64,000 nt of DNA from Alphaproteobacteria bacterium (GCA_965214705.1 CBDCCI010000002.1:2368001-2432000); one strand, 5' to 3'. Positions 39,133 to 49,567 are shown, numbered from the stretch's first letter. Numbers and translations are program-made. The notes: generated by a model not told the origin, from the letters alone.

Positions 39133-40499
39133 ATGGATCTGATTCTGGCGAACGGCAAAATCGTGACCGCCCACGAAAGCTACGACGCCGATATCGGCAT
39201 CGAGAACGGCGTCATCAAGCAGATCGGCCACGGCCTCGGCCCGGCCGGCCGCACGATCGATTGCAGCGGCAAGATCCTGTTCCCCGGCGGAGTCGACGTG
39301 CACACCCACGTCGAGTTCGAGCTGATGGGGCAGGAGACCGCCGACGACTTCCACTCGTCCACGGTGGCCGCTGCCTGCGGCGGGATCACGACGATCTGCG
39401 ACTACGCCTTCCCGGAGCCCGGCCAGTCGCTGCAGGACTGCCTGGTCCGCTGGAACCAGCGCGGCGAGAAGTCGGTTATCGACTACGGCCTGCACCCGAC
39501 CATCTTCCAGCCCGGCGAGCACACGCTCTCCGAGATGCGGGACTGCGTGGCCGACGGCTACACCAGCTTCAAGATCTTCATGATCGGCTTCGCCGAGTTC
39601 GACAAGTATGCGGCCGAGTACCTGCGCTGCATGGAGGAGGCCGGCAAGCTCGGCGCGATGGTCAACATCCACTGCGAAGACCAGTGCTGCATCTCCTACA
39701 TGACCCAGAAGCTCGAGGAGGAGAACAACTCCAACGTCCGCACGTTCCCCGATTCCAGGCCGCGCATCTCGGAGGGGCTCGCCGCCCGCCGCGCGCTCTG
39801 GATGGCCCACGTGGCCGACGTGCCCGCCTACCTCGTCCACCTCTCCTGTCAGGAGGGGCTGGATGCGCTCAACGACGCGCGCGGCCGCGGCCAGACCTGC
39901 TACGGCGAGACCCGGCCGATCTACCTCCACCTCTCCCGCGAGCGCTTCAACGAGGAGGTAGACCCCGAGCGCTACGTCGGCTGGCCGCCGCTGCGCGAGA
40001 GGCCGACCAGATGGAGGTGATGTGGCAGGCGCTGGACAGTAACGTGCTCCAGACCGTCGCCACCGACCACGTCGGCTGGAACATGAAGCAGAAGAAGGCG
40101 AGCGTGACCGTGGACGAGCTGCTGCCCGGCATGTCGAACCTGGAGACGGTGCTGCCCATGCTCTATTCCGAGGGCGTGCGCGAGGGTCGGCTCTCGCCCC
40201 ACCGCTTCGTCGACGTGAGCGCCACCAAGCCGGCCAAGCTCATGGGCATGTATCCGCAGAAGGGCACCATCGCCGTGGGCTCCGACGCCGACGTCATGGT
40301 GTTCGACCCCGACAAGCCCGTCACCATCCGCCAGCGCGACATGCACTCGAAGCAGGACTGGGAGCTGCACGAGGGCTTCGAGGTCACCGGCTGGCCAACC
40401 ATGACCATCTCCCGCGGTGACATCATCGTGGAGAACGGCAAGGTCAACGCGGAGCCCGGCCGCGGCAAGCTGGTCAAGCGGCGCACCTACACCTCCTGA
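39133..40499 (+). pseudogene. Dihydropyrimidinase/D-hydantoinase copy 1, frameshifted
   Basis: PGGVDVHTH, SFKIFM, HCE, HLS, ATDH; two extra bases at GAGAG 39997-40001 relative to the collinear copy 2 (real mutation or sequencing error). Confidence 0.8.
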
Positions 40500-40576
40500 C
40501 CGGCGGAAGCGCCTGCCCGATCCCGCCCATGCTCTAAGGTGAAGGACAAGAATCAACGACGAGACAGGAGGGGACC

Positions 40577-41941
40577 ATGGATCTGATCCTGGCGAACGGC
40601 GACATCGTGACCGCGCACGAGAGCTATCGCGCCGATATCGGGATCGAGAACGGCGTCATCAAGCAGATCGGCCACGGCCTCGGCCCGGCCGGGCGCACGA
40701 TCGATTGCAGCGGCAAGATCCTGTTCCCCGGCGGCGTCGACGTGCACACCCACGTCGAGTTCGAGTGGATGGGACACGAGACCACCGACGACTTCCACTC
40801 GTCCACGGTGGCCGCTGCCTGCGGCGGGATCACCACGATCTGCGACTACGCGGTCCCCGCGCCCGGCCAGTCGCTGCAGGACTGCCTCGCCACCTGGAAC
40901 AAGCGGGGCGAGAAGTCGGTGGTCGACTACGGCCTGCACCCGACCATCTTCCAGCCCGGCGAGCACACGCTCTCCGAGATGCGGGACTGCGTCGCCGACG
41001 GCTACACCAGCTTCAAGATCTTCATGACCGAGCTGTCCCAGTTCGACCACTACGCGCCCCAGTACCTGCGCTGCATGGAGGAAGCCGGCAAGCTCGGCGC
41101 GATGATCAACATTCACTGCGAGGACCAGTGCTGCATCAGCTACATGACCCAGAAGCTCGCGGAGGAGAACAACTCCAACGTCCGCACCTTCCCCGATTCA
41201 CGGCCGCGCATCTCCGAGGGGATCGCCGCCCAGCGTGCGCTCTGGATGGCCCACGTGGCCGATGTGCCGGCCTACCTCGTCCACCTCTCATGCCAGGAGG
41301 GGCTGGACGCGCTCAACGATGCGCGCGCCCGCGGCCAGACCTGCTACGGCGAGACCCGGCCGATCTACCTCCACCTCTCGCGCGACCGCTTCAACGAGGA
41401 GGTGTTTCCCGAGCAATACGTCGGCTGGCCGCCGCTGCGCGACGCCGACCAGATGGAGGTGCTCTGGCAGGCGCTCGACAGCAACGTGCTCCAGGTGGTC
41501 GCCACCGACCATGTCGGCTGGAGCACGAAGCAGAAGACGGAGGGCAAGACCGTGGACGAGCTGCTGCCCGGCATGTCGAACCTGGAGACGGTGCTGCCCA
41601 TGCTCTACTCCGAGGGCGTGCGCAAGGGCCGGCTCACCGCCAACCGCTTCGTCGAGGTCAGCGCCACCACGCCAGCCAAGCTCTTCGGCCTCTATCCGCA
41701 GAAGGGGACGATCGCGGTGGGCTCGGACGCCGACATCACGGTGTTCGACCCGCAGAAGCCCGTCACCATCCGCCAGCGCGACATGCACTCCAAGCAGGAC
41801 TGGGAGCTGCACGAGGGCTTCGAGGTTACCGGCTGGCCGGCAATGACGATCTCGCGCGGCGACATCATCGTGGAGAACGGCAAGGTGAATGCCGAAGCCG
41901 GACGCGGCAAGCTGGTCAAGCGCCGCACGTTCACCTCGTAG
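40577..41941 (+). CDS. Dihydropyrimidinase/D-hydantoinase copy 2, intact
   Basis: DVHTH metal ligands, carboxylatable Lys in SFKIFM, ATDH, KGTIAVGSDAD. Confidence 0.88.
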   Translation: MDLILANGDIVTAHESYRADIGIENGVIKQIGHGLGPAGRTIDCSGKILFPGGVDVHTHVEFEWMGHETTDDFHSSTVAAACGGITTICDYAVPAPGQSLQDCLATWNKRGEKSVVDYGLHPTIFQPGEHTLSEMRDCVADGYTSFKIFMTELSQFDHYAPQYLRCMEEAGKLGAMINIHCEDQCCISYMTQKLAEENNSNVRTFPDSRPRISEGIAAQRALWMAHVADVPAYLVHLSCQEGLDALNDARARGQTCYGETRPIYLHLSRDRFNEEVFPEQYVGWPPLRDADQMEVLWQALDSNVLQVVATDHVGWSTKQKTEGKTVDELLPGMSNLETVLPMLYSEGVRKGRLTANRFVEVSATTPAKLFGLYPQKGTIAVGSDADITVFDPQKPVTIRQRDMHSKQDWELHEGFEVTGWPAMTISRGDIIVENGKVNAEAGRGKLVKRRTFTS

Positions 41942-41961
41942 CCGCGAGCGGAGCCGGCCGG

Positions 41962-42786
41962 GTGGCGCAGGCGCTCGGGATCGCTAACCCGCTAGACGAG
42001 GCACGGGCGGAGCCCGGCGCCGCGCTCCGAGTGGACGACCTCTACAAAAGCTTCGGCGACCTGGAGGTGCTCAGGGGCGTCTCGTTGACCGCCCACGAGC
42101 ACGACGTCATCGCCATTCTGGGCGCCAGCGGCTCCGGCAAGAGCACCCTGCTCCGCTGCATCAACCTGCTGGAGGTCCCCGACTCAGGCGAGGTTCACGT
42201 CGGCGGCGAGCTGATCCGCATGAAGCGCGACCGGCGCGGCCGCGCGTTGCCGGCGGACCGGCGCCAGGTGGATCGCATCCGCGCCCGGCTCGGCATGGTG
42301 TTCCAGCAGTTCAACCTGTGGTCTCACCTGACCGTGCTCCAGAACGTCATCGAAGCGCCGGTCCACGTGCTCAAGCTGCCCCGGCGCAAGGCAGTGGACC
42401 GCGCACGGGCGCTGCTCGACAAGGTCGGCCTCGCGGACAAGCACGACTACTTTCCCGCCCACCTCTCCGGCGGGCAGGAGCAGCGCGCGGCGATCGCCCG
42501 CGCGCTCGCGATGGAGCCCGACGTCATGCTTTTCGACGAGCCCACCTCGGCGCTCGACCCCGAACTCGTCGGCGAGGTGCTGAGGGTCATCCGCGATCTC
42601 GCCGAAGAGGGGCGGACCATGCTGATCGTCACCCACGAGGTCGGCTTCGCCCGCGAGGTCTCTTCGCGCACCGTATTTCTGCACGACGGGCAGATCGAGG
42701 AGGAAGGCGTGTCCAAGGCGCTGCTCGACGATCCGCAATCGCCGAGGCTCAGGCAATTCCTTTCGGGCCAGCGCGGCGACGCTTAG
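41962..42786 (+). CDS. Polar amino-acid ABC transporter ATP-binding protein (HisP/AotP-like)
   Basis: GASGSGKST, MVFQQFNLWSH, LSGGQEQR, FDEPTSALDPE; GTG start inferred. Confidence 0.9.
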   Translation: MAQALGIANPLDEARAEPGAALRVDDLYKSFGDLEVLRGVSLTAHEHDVIAILGASGSGKSTLLRCINLLEVPDSGEVHVGGELIRMKRDRRGRALPADRRQVDRIRARLGMVFQQFNLWSHLTVLQNVIEAPVHVLKLPRRKAVDRARALLDKVGLADKHDYFPAHLSGGQEQRAAIARALAMEPDVMLFDEPTSALDPELVGEVLRVIRDLAEEGRTMLIVTHEVGFAREVSSRTVFLHDGQIEEEGVSKALLDDPQSPRLRQFLSGQRGDA

Positions 42787-42828
42787 CCGATGTAAACGAC
42801 TCAACCACCAACGAGGGAGAACGGAGAA

Positions 42829-43605
42829 ATGAAAAAACTCACATTCTTAGGCGTGTTCGCGGCACTCGCGCTCGCGGCCGGCACAGCGGCGGCCGATATG
42901 AAGAAGGTCACGCTCGGCACCGAAGGCGCCTACCCGCCCTTCAACTGGATCGACGAGAACGGCGACCTCCAGGGCTTCGACGTCGAGATCGGCAACGCGC
43001 TCTGCGCGGCGGCGAACCTGGAGTGCACCTGGGCGGTGCAGGACTGGGACGGCATCATCCCCGGCCTGCTGGCCAAGAAGTACGACGCCATCGTCGCCTC
43101 GATGTCGATCACCGAGGAGCGCAAGAAGAAGGTCGACTTCACCGGCAAGTACTACACCACGCCAGCCAAGTTCGTGCGCATGAAGGGCTCGGACATCGAG
43201 ATCACGAACGAAGGCCTGGACGGCCTGGCCGTCGGCGTGCAGCGGGCGACCATCCACGAGAACTTCCTGCGCGACAATTACGGCGACATCGTCACCATCA
43301 GGGCCTACGCCACCCAGGACGAGGCCAACCTCGACTTCGTCGCAGGCCGCGTCGATCTGTTGCTCGCGGATTCGATGGCCCTGCAGGGGGGCTTCCTCGA
43401 CACGCCCGACGGCGCGGACGCGGAATTCGTGGGGCCCGACTTCACCGATCCGCGCTGGTTCGGCGACGGCGCCGGGATCGCGGTGCGCAAGGGCGAGGGC
43501 GATCTTCTCGACGCGCTCAACGGCGCCATCACGGCCATCCGCGCCGACGGCACCTACAAGACGATCAACGACAAGTACTTCGATTTCGACGTCTACGGCG
43601 ACTGA
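42829..43605 (+). CDS. Polar amino-acid ABC substrate-binding protein (ArgT/HisJ-like)
   Basis: Signal peptide; TEGAYPPFN, WDGIIPGL, SMSITEER. Confidence 0.9.
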   Translation: MKKLTFLGVFAALALAAGTAAADMKKVTLGTEGAYPPFNWIDENGDLQGFDVEIGNALCAAANLECTWAVQDWDGIIPGLLAKKYDAIVASMSITEERKKKVDFTGKYYTTPAKFVRMKGSDIEITNEGLDGLAVGVQRATIHENFLRDNYGDIVTIRAYATQDEANLDFVAGRVDLLLADSMALQGGFLDTPDGADAEFVGPDFTDPRWFGDGAGIAVRKGEGDLLDALNGAITAIRADGTYKTINDKYFDFDVYGD

Positions 43606-43730
43606 TCGCCACCGACGCATGGGCGGGCGGCTGTTCCACGCCGCCCGCTCCCGCCGACTGAAGTGAGCCTGACCGTATTGGACCCGCGACCGTTCGCGGC
43701 CGCGGCCCACTGCTCCGGCCGCCCCCCCAC

Positions 43731-43750
43731 CGTCATGCCCGGACTTGTTC
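43731..43750. repeat. Left part of an alphaproteobacterial REP-like palindrome split by IS4
   Basis: CGTCATGCCCGGACTTGTTC continues after the IS as GACTTGTTCCGGGCATC...GATGGCCGGAACGAGTCCGGCCATGACG at 46183-46257. Confidence 0.75.
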
Positions 43751-44334
43751 CATTGCTGTCCGGTTTAGATTTTGGCGAAGGGGATTTGGAGCTGGTCATG
43801 GGCTTGCGGTGTGTCAGGCGGTGGTTCGAAGAGGTCGGTGAGGGCCCGGCGTTGGAAGGTCGTCTTGGCGACGAGGCGGGCGATGGCCTGGAGGCCGAGC
43901 CCGGTTCCGGTTCCGATCTGCGCCAGCCGCAGCAGCAGGTAGGCGATCAGCGCGGTGACGATCTGGATGCGCACGGCATTTTCGCTGGTGCCGAGGAAGT
44001 GTCTGATCTTGAGGTTCTGCTTGATCCACTTGAAGAACAGCTCGACCTGCCAGCGCTGCTTGTAGAGCGCCGCGATCTCTTCGGCCGGGGCATTGAGGTC
44101 GTTGCTGACCAGCGTGATCTCCCTGCCGCTGTCGATGCGCACGTCGACCAGACGCACCGGCTTGTCGAAGGGGTTCTTGCGGCTCGCCGCCAGGTGCTTC
44201 GACAGCAAGGCGACGCGGTCGGCCACGACCGGGCCGTCCGGCTTGACCGGGCGGGTCTCGATCAGGCTTGTGGGCGAGTTCTTCTTCAGGCGGGTGACGA
44301 AGCGGCTCCCCTTGGCGTCGATGTCTGCCCAGAA

Positions 44335-45503
44335 GGATTCCTCTGCGAAATCGGCTCAGCGGGATGTTTTGGGAAGGTTTTGGCATTGGGCGGTGTTGAT
44401 GGAGGCGCGTGTGCCGCCGTCGTTGGACGATCTTGTGTCTGAAACGGCGGTTTGCGGGCGCACTGGTCGGTCAGCAGCCCGCAATCAGGCTGGCGCGGCG
44501 CAGGTTGTAGGCGGTGGCAGCGGCGTAGAGGCGGGCGGTGTTCCTCTCGAACACGCAACTCCTGGCTCGCCTCAGCCCGTAGAGGCGCTTCAGCGCCGAA
44601 AAGACCGCTTCCACCGGCGCCCGGCGCCTCGCAATGAGATCGTTGCGGCGCTGCTGCCAGGGCGGCAGCGAGGCCATGTGTTTGTTGCGCCGGTGCATGA
44701 TGCGGTCCTTGATGCCGGCAGCCCTGAGCCTCGCCCGTCTCGGCTTGCTTTCGTAGGCGCGATCGCCATAGACCGCCCCCTCGTCGCCGCAGATCAGCCG
44801 ATCGGCCACCTCGCTCTCGTAAGTCTTGGCCGAGCTCAGCGCCACGCGCCGGATCAGCCCGGAGCCTTGGTCGACCCCCAGATGCGCCTTGTAGCCGAAG
44901 AAGCCGCGGCCCTTCTTCCGCGTCCAGCCCGCGCCCGGCTCCCGTGGGTGCCCAGCACCTGCGCCCGCCTTGTAGGGCGGAGGCCGCGAGGCCGAGGCCA
45001 CCAGCGTCGCGTCCATCAGCGTGCCCTTACGCAGGATCAGGCCGGCGGCGTCCAGCTGGCGGTTGATCTCCTCGAACGCCGCCTCCAGAACCGCGCCCGC
45101 GTCCGCGCGAAAGCGGCAGATCGTGGTCTCGTCCGGCGTGCCCCCATCCAGCGCAAAGCCGCAGAAACGCCGGAACGACAGACGATCCAGCAGCGTCTCC
45201 TCCAGGCCGGGGTCCGAAAGGTCGTAAAGCGCCTGAAGATAGAGCGCCTTCAGCATCGCCAAAGGCGCATACGGCGGACGACCCCGCCGCCCCTCGCGCA
45301 CGCGCGCGGCCAGACGCTCGAGAGGAGCCCAGTCGATCAAGGCGTCCAGACGCTCCAGCTTCCGGTTCGACCCCAGCCCCGGAGACATGAATGCTTCTGC
45401 AAATCCCAGCTGACCCGTGCCGCTCATCGACTCGACCTCCCCATCGCTGCAGCAACGAATCACATGCCAACCAATCCGCAAACCCACTTTCGCAGAGGAA
45501 TCC
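44335..45503 (-). mobile_element. Complete IS5-family element nested in IS4
   Basis: IRs GGATTCCTCTGCGAAA / TTTCGCAGAGGAATCC; AGAA duplication (CAGAAG if the ends are read 1 bp shorter). Confidence 0.9.
44471..45427 (-). CDS. IS5-family transposase
   Basis: LSDPGLEE, PDETTICRFR, MDATLV, FGYKAHLGVD, GDRAY, RAPVEAVF; ATG at 45427. Confidence 0.9.
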   Translation of the reverse strand: MSGTGQLGFAEAFMSPGLGSNRKLERLDALIDWAPLERLAARVREGRRGRPPYAPLAMLKALYLQALYDLSDPGLEETLLDRLSFRRFCGFALDGGTPDETTICRFRADAGAVLEAAFEEINRQLDAAGLILRKGTLMDATLVASASRPPPYKAGAGAGHPREPGAGWTRKKGRGFFGYKAHLGVDQGSGLIRRVALSSAKTYESEVADRLICGDEGAVYGDRAYESKPRRARLRAAGIKDRIMHRRNKHMASLPPWQQRRNDLIARRRAPVEAVFSALKRLYGLRRARSCVFERNTARLYAAATAYNLRRASLIAGC

Positions 45504-46182
45504 AGAAGGTGAAGTCGTAATAGCCTCTGTCGAAGACGTAAGTCGCGCCGGGCTCGATGGGGAGGCGCTTGGCCGGCGTGATGTCGTTGACCCTGGCCGA
45601 GGTCACGGCAAAGCAGACAGGCGCATCTGCGTCCGGGTCGTAGACCACGTGCAGCTTGACGGCACCGTCGGCCTCCCAGCTCTCGATCCGCTTGCCAACC
45701 AGGACCCGGGTCGCATCGACGAGGCGCAGCATCTCCCGCCCGCGCTGGCCCGCAGATGCGCCCAGCCGGGCGACCAGGGCTTCCAGCACGTCCTCGAACA
45801 GGGCCGCCGGACGTACCCGGTTGGCATCCGCGAGCGTAGACCGCCGCACCGGCGCCAGACCCAGATGGGCGTGGACGCCCGGAAAGCGTTCCAGCGCACC
45901 GACCGCCTCGCGCAAGGAGCGCGAGCCCGACAGCTGGGCGAACACCATCGCCTGGAACTGGCTCCACGACGAAAGGCGCCGGACCCGGTAGTCCGCTCCG
46001 TGGCGCTCTGCCAGCTTGTCGAAGCGCCAGCGCGGAAACGCCTTCATCAGTTCGCCGAAAACCGTATCCTGGTAGGGCATGGCTTGGGCTCCATTGCGAG
46101 CTTCGATTCAACAGGTCTTGCAAAAACCAAGTTGAATCCAAGCCATGCACCTTGTCTACCCAAGCTAAACCGGACAGCAGTG

Positions 46183-46257
46183 GACTTGTTCCGGGCATCT
46201 CCATCAGCCGTGCACGACGGAGAGACGTGGATGGCCGGAACGAGTCCGGCCATGACG
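46183..46257. repeat. Right part of the REP-like palindrome
   Basis: GACTTGTTCCGGGCATC...GATGGCCGGAACGAGTCCGGCCATGACG, inverted with respect to CGTCATGCCCGG. Confidence 0.75.
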
Positions 46258-46326
46258 AGAAGAGGACACTGCGCCGAGCCATGCGTACCCCCGAAACCGG
46301 GCGCTAACGGATAAAGGGTCGGGCCG

Positions 46327-47016
46327 ATGCTCGATCTCAGGGGCTACGGCTGGATGCTGTGGCAGGGCCTCGAGCTCACCATCCTGGTCGGGCTCGGGGC
46401 CATGGCGGTGGCCTTGGCGCTTGGCCTCATCGGCGCCTGGGGCAAGCTCTCGCGCGCATGGGCCGGCCGCTGGGCCGCAGGCACCTACACCACTGTCATC
46501 CGCGGGGTGCCTGAGCTGCTGCTCATCCTGCTCGTCTATTACGGCGTGCCCACGCTGATCCAGGACATCGCCGAAGGCGCGGGCTACGAGATCATCGTCG
46601 ACCTCAACCCCTTCGTCGCCGGTGTCGTCACCATCGGCTTCATTTACGGCGCTTTCGCCACCGAGGTCTTCCGCGGCGCCTTCCTCGCCGTGCCGCGCGG
46701 CCAGATCGAGGCGGCGCGCGCCATCGGCATGAGCCGCGCGCTGACCTTCCGCCGCATCGTGCTGCCGCAGATGTGGCGCTTCGCGCTGCCCGGCCTCGGC
46801 AACGTGTGGATGGTGCTGATCAAGGCCACGGCGCTGATCTCGGTGATCCAGCTCCCGGAGCTCATGCGCAACGCCCAGATCGCCATGGGCGCGACCAAGC
46901 TGCCGTTCACCTTCTTCTTCGTGGCCTCGCTCTTCTACCTCGGCATCACCATCGTCTCGATGGTGGTGCAGCGGCGCGCCGAGGCGTGGGCCAACCGCGG
47001 CGTACGCCGGGCCTGA
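46327..47016 (+). CDS. Polar amino-acid ABC permease (HisQ-like)
   Basis: YTTVIRGVPEL, EVFRGA..VPRGQIEAARAIGM (EAA loop). Confidence 0.9.
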   Translation: MLDLRGYGWMLWQGLELTILVGLGAMAVALALGLIGAWGKLSRAWAGRWAAGTYTTVIRGVPELLLILLVYYGVPTLIQDIAEGAGYEIIVDLNPFVAGVVTIGFIYGAFATEVFRGAFLAVPRGQIEAARAIGMSRALTFRRIVLPQMWRFALPGLGNVWMVLIKATALISVIQLPELMRNAQIAMGATKLPFTFFFVASLFYLGITIVSMVVQRRAEAWANRGVRRA

Positions 47017-47027
47017 GGCGATCGGCG

Positions 47028-47741
47028 ATGGACCTCGCGATCATATGGGAGAGCCTGCCCCGCCTGCTGGACGGCGCGGCGCTTACGGTCGAGATCACCG
47101 TCATCAGCCTGGCGATCGGCCTGGCGCTGGCGGTGCCGCTCGCGATCATGCGGCTTTCGTCCAACCCGCTGCTGTGGATGCCGGTCTACGGCTACATCTT
47201 CTATTTCCGCGGGACCCCGCTGCTGGTGCAGCTCTTCCTGGTCTATTACGGCTCCGGCCAGTTCCGGCCCTTCCTCGACTCGATCGGGCTCTGGGTGCTG
47301 TTCCGCGAGGCCTATTTCTGCGCCGTGCTGACGCTCACCCTCAACACCGCCGCCTACACCGCCGAGATTCTGCGGGGTGCGATCCAGGGCGTGCCGCGCG
47401 GCGATATCGAGGCGGCGCGGGCGCTCGGGTATTCGGGCACGCTGCTCTACCGGCGCATCGTGCTGCCGAAGGCCTTCCGCCTCGCGCTGCCGGCCTACAC
47501 CAACGAGGTCGTATTCCTGCTCCAGGCGACCTCGCTGGTCTCGATCATCACGCTGCTGGATCTCACGGGCGTCGCCCGCATCATCGTCGCCCGCAGCTTC
47601 GAGCCCTACAAGCTCTACATCACGGCCGGCCTGATGTACCTGGTGATGAGCTACTTCTTCATCCTGCTCTCGCGCTTCATCGAGCACCGACTCTCCGGTC
47701 ACATGCGCGAGCGCCCGGCCAGTGGTAGCGCCATACGCTGA
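47028..47741 (+). CDS. Polar amino-acid ABC permease (HisM-like)
   Basis: FRGTPLLVQ, LNTAAYTAEILRG, EAARALG; ATG at 47028. Confidence 0.9.
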   Translation: MDLAIIWESLPRLLDGAALTVEITVISLAIGLALAVPLAIMRLSSNPLLWMPVYGYIFYFRGTPLLVQLFLVYYGSGQFRPFLDSIGLWVLFREAYFCAVLTLTLNTAAYTAEILRGAIQGVPRGDIEAARALGYSGTLLYRRIVLPKAFRLALPAYTNEVVFLLQATSLVSIITLLDLTGVARIIVARSFEPYKLYITAGLMYLVMSYFFILLSRFIEHRLSGHMRERPASGSAIR

Positions 47742-47774
47742 CGAAATTCCTCAAAGATGCCTACCTCCCCCTGT

Positions 47775-49138
47775 CCCCATAAGCGCTAACTTGTTTGTCA
47801 TGTCGGCACTCCGTATTGTGGGTTGGTGCGCGCTGCGGGGAGGCTTGGCGGATGGACGAGGAGTGGGAAGTGGTGTCGTTGTTTCTGCCCGAGGGCTGGC
47901 GGGAGTTGGCACGGGAGACCGGGGCCTTGAAGGGTCTGCGCAAGGACAAGTCGGTCGATGCCCTGCTGCGCACGCTGTTGCTGCATCTGGCCTGCGGACA
48001 CTCGCTGCGCGAGACCGTGGTGCGTGCCCGGAAGGCGAACCTGGCCGATCTGTCCGACGTGGCCTTGTTGAAGCGGCTGAGGAAGTCGGGGGATTGGCTT
48101 CACGCGTTGTGCGTCGCGCTGTTTCGCGAACGGGGGATGGCGATGTCGGCCGCTGGCGGGTTCCAGGTCAGGGCCTTCGACGCGACGACGGTGAAGGAGC
48201 CGGGCCGGACCGGGGCGCTGTGGCGCCTGCACTACAGCGTGCGCCTTCCGTCGCTGGCGTGCGACTTCTTCAAGCTCACGGCGAGCGAGGGACGGGGCAC
48301 GGGCGAGGCGTTCTCGCAGTTCCCGGTCGGCGAGGGCGACTTTGTGCTCGCCGACCGGGCGTACTCGACTGCTGCGGGCCTCCACCACGTGGTGTCTGCG
48401 GGGGGTCACGTCACCGTGCGCGTGAACACCGGGTCGCTGTCGCTTCGAACGCGCGACGGCGCGCCGTTCGACCTGCTTGCACACGTCACGACGCTGAAGC
48501 GGGTCGGCAGCGTGCGATCCTGGCCCGTGCTGGCGGTCGGCGACGGCATCGCGGTGCCGGGGCGCGTGTGCGCGATCAGAAAGACGCAGGAAGCCATCAG
48601 GCTGGCGCAGCGCAAGCTGCGCAAGGAGGCCGGGCGCAAGGGCAAGCAGGTTCGGCCGCGAACCCTGGAGTTCGCGCGCTACGTCATCGTGTTCACGACC
48701 TTTCCCGAAGCGGCCTTCAGCGCGGCGCAGGTCCTGGAGTGGGATCGCACCCGCTGGCAGGTCGAACTGGTCTTCAAGCGCTTCAAGTCTCTGGCGCAGT
48801 TGGGGCATCTGCCCAAATACGACGACGAGAGCGCCAAGGCGTGGCTCTACGGCAAACTCCTGGTGGCGCTGCTGGTGGAAAAGCTGATCCGTCATGCCGG
48901 CACGGTTTCCCCCTGGGGATACAGCCTGGAGGCGCTGCCGGCCGCACAGCGCCTGGCGTGACTTCAGGTTCATGCTCAACCAGGGCGTGCGAGCCATCGA
49001 ACCCCATTTGTCCCTCGCCGAGGTGATCGACCAATGGAACCAGATCTCCAAATCCCTCTCCGAACCGTCCCGACGGCGCCTGACCCAAACCGCGGAACGC
49101 TTCATCGAAGAACCGCAAACAAGTTAGCGAATGTGGGG
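47775..49138 (+). mobile_element. IS4-family insertion sequence
   Basis: IRs CCCCATAAGCGCTAACTTGTTTG / CAAACAAGTTAGCGAATGTGGGG; no clear target duplication seen. Confidence 0.8.
47852..48961 (+). CDS. IS4-family transposase
   Basis: SDVALLKRLRK, FDATTV, LADRAY, RWQVELVFKRFKS. Confidence 0.85.
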   Translation: MDEEWEVVSLFLPEGWRELARETGALKGLRKDKSVDALLRTLLLHLACGHSLRETVVRARKANLADLSDVALLKRLRKSGDWLHALCVALFRERGMAMSAAGGFQVRAFDATTVKEPGRTGALWRLHYSVRLPSLACDFFKLTASEGRGTGEAFSQFPVGEGDFVLADRAYSTAAGLHHVVSAGGHVTVRVNTGSLSLRTRDGAPFDLLAHVTTLKRVGSVRSWPVLAVGDGIAVPGRVCAIRKTQEAIRLAQRKLRKEAGRKGKQVRPRTLEFARYVIVFTTFPEAAFSAAQVLEWDRTRWQVELVFKRFKSLAQLGHLPKYDDESAKAWLYGKLLVALLVEKLIRHAGTVSPWGYSLEALPAAQRLA

Positions 49139-49235
49139 AGGTGGGGCCCCTCCTCGCCAAAGACTTCTGGCCGTTCTACCTGCTGGCCAGAGCGCTGGGG
49201 CCGGTAGGATTGTCGGTCTGGCAGTTCGGGAAAGC

Positions 49236-49567
49236 GAAGCTTGAGGTTGTCGTACCAGAGCTCGCCCGGCACGCCTTGCCACGCCTCGAAGGCCGCGACG
49301 TGGCCGCGCAGGAAGCTGCTCATGCCGGCGTCGAGCTAGAAGCGCAGGAAGAGCCGCTGCGAGTAGTTCAGCACCATCACGAAGGCCATCAAGCGGCGCA
49401 CCGCGCGACCGATCCTCACCGTGCAGAAGTGGGCCCAGTCGACCTGGGCCTGCTCGCCGGGAAGGGTCTTGAGGCGTAGATAGGCCTCGGCCGCTCGCGG
49501 GCGACGAGGCGGCGGAAGTGGCTCTGACTCCCTCGATAGTCGGCGGCGGTGATCAGCTTTCGGAGCC
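49236..49567 (-). pseudogene. IS21-family IstA fragment
   Basis: [19 protein letters not shown]...FVMVLNYS...[21 protein letters not shown], with an internal stop and a frameshift. Confidence 0.75.

Larger units (their letters stand above)
43765..46080 (-). pseudogene. IS4-family transposase in two pieces (45504-46080 and 43765-44334)
   Basis: N-part MPYQDTVF...STLADAN...FDRGYYDFTFW rejoins ADIDAKG...YKQRWQVELFFKWIKQNL. Confidence 0.88.
43751..46182 (-). mobile_element. IS4-family element whose transposase is interrupted by an IS5
   Basis: IRs CATTGCTGTCCGGTTTAG / CTAAACCGGACAGCAGTG; 9-bp duplication GACTTGTTC. Confidence 0.9.

Noticed and set aside
40705-42786. 693-aa ORF as a hydantoinase-ABC ATPase fusion
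   Set aside because: The upstream part is off-frame; the ATPase begins near 41962
44471-46282. 603-aa ORF as one large transposase
   Set aside because: Only 44471-45427 is the IS5 transposase; the upstream part is off-frame IS4 sequence
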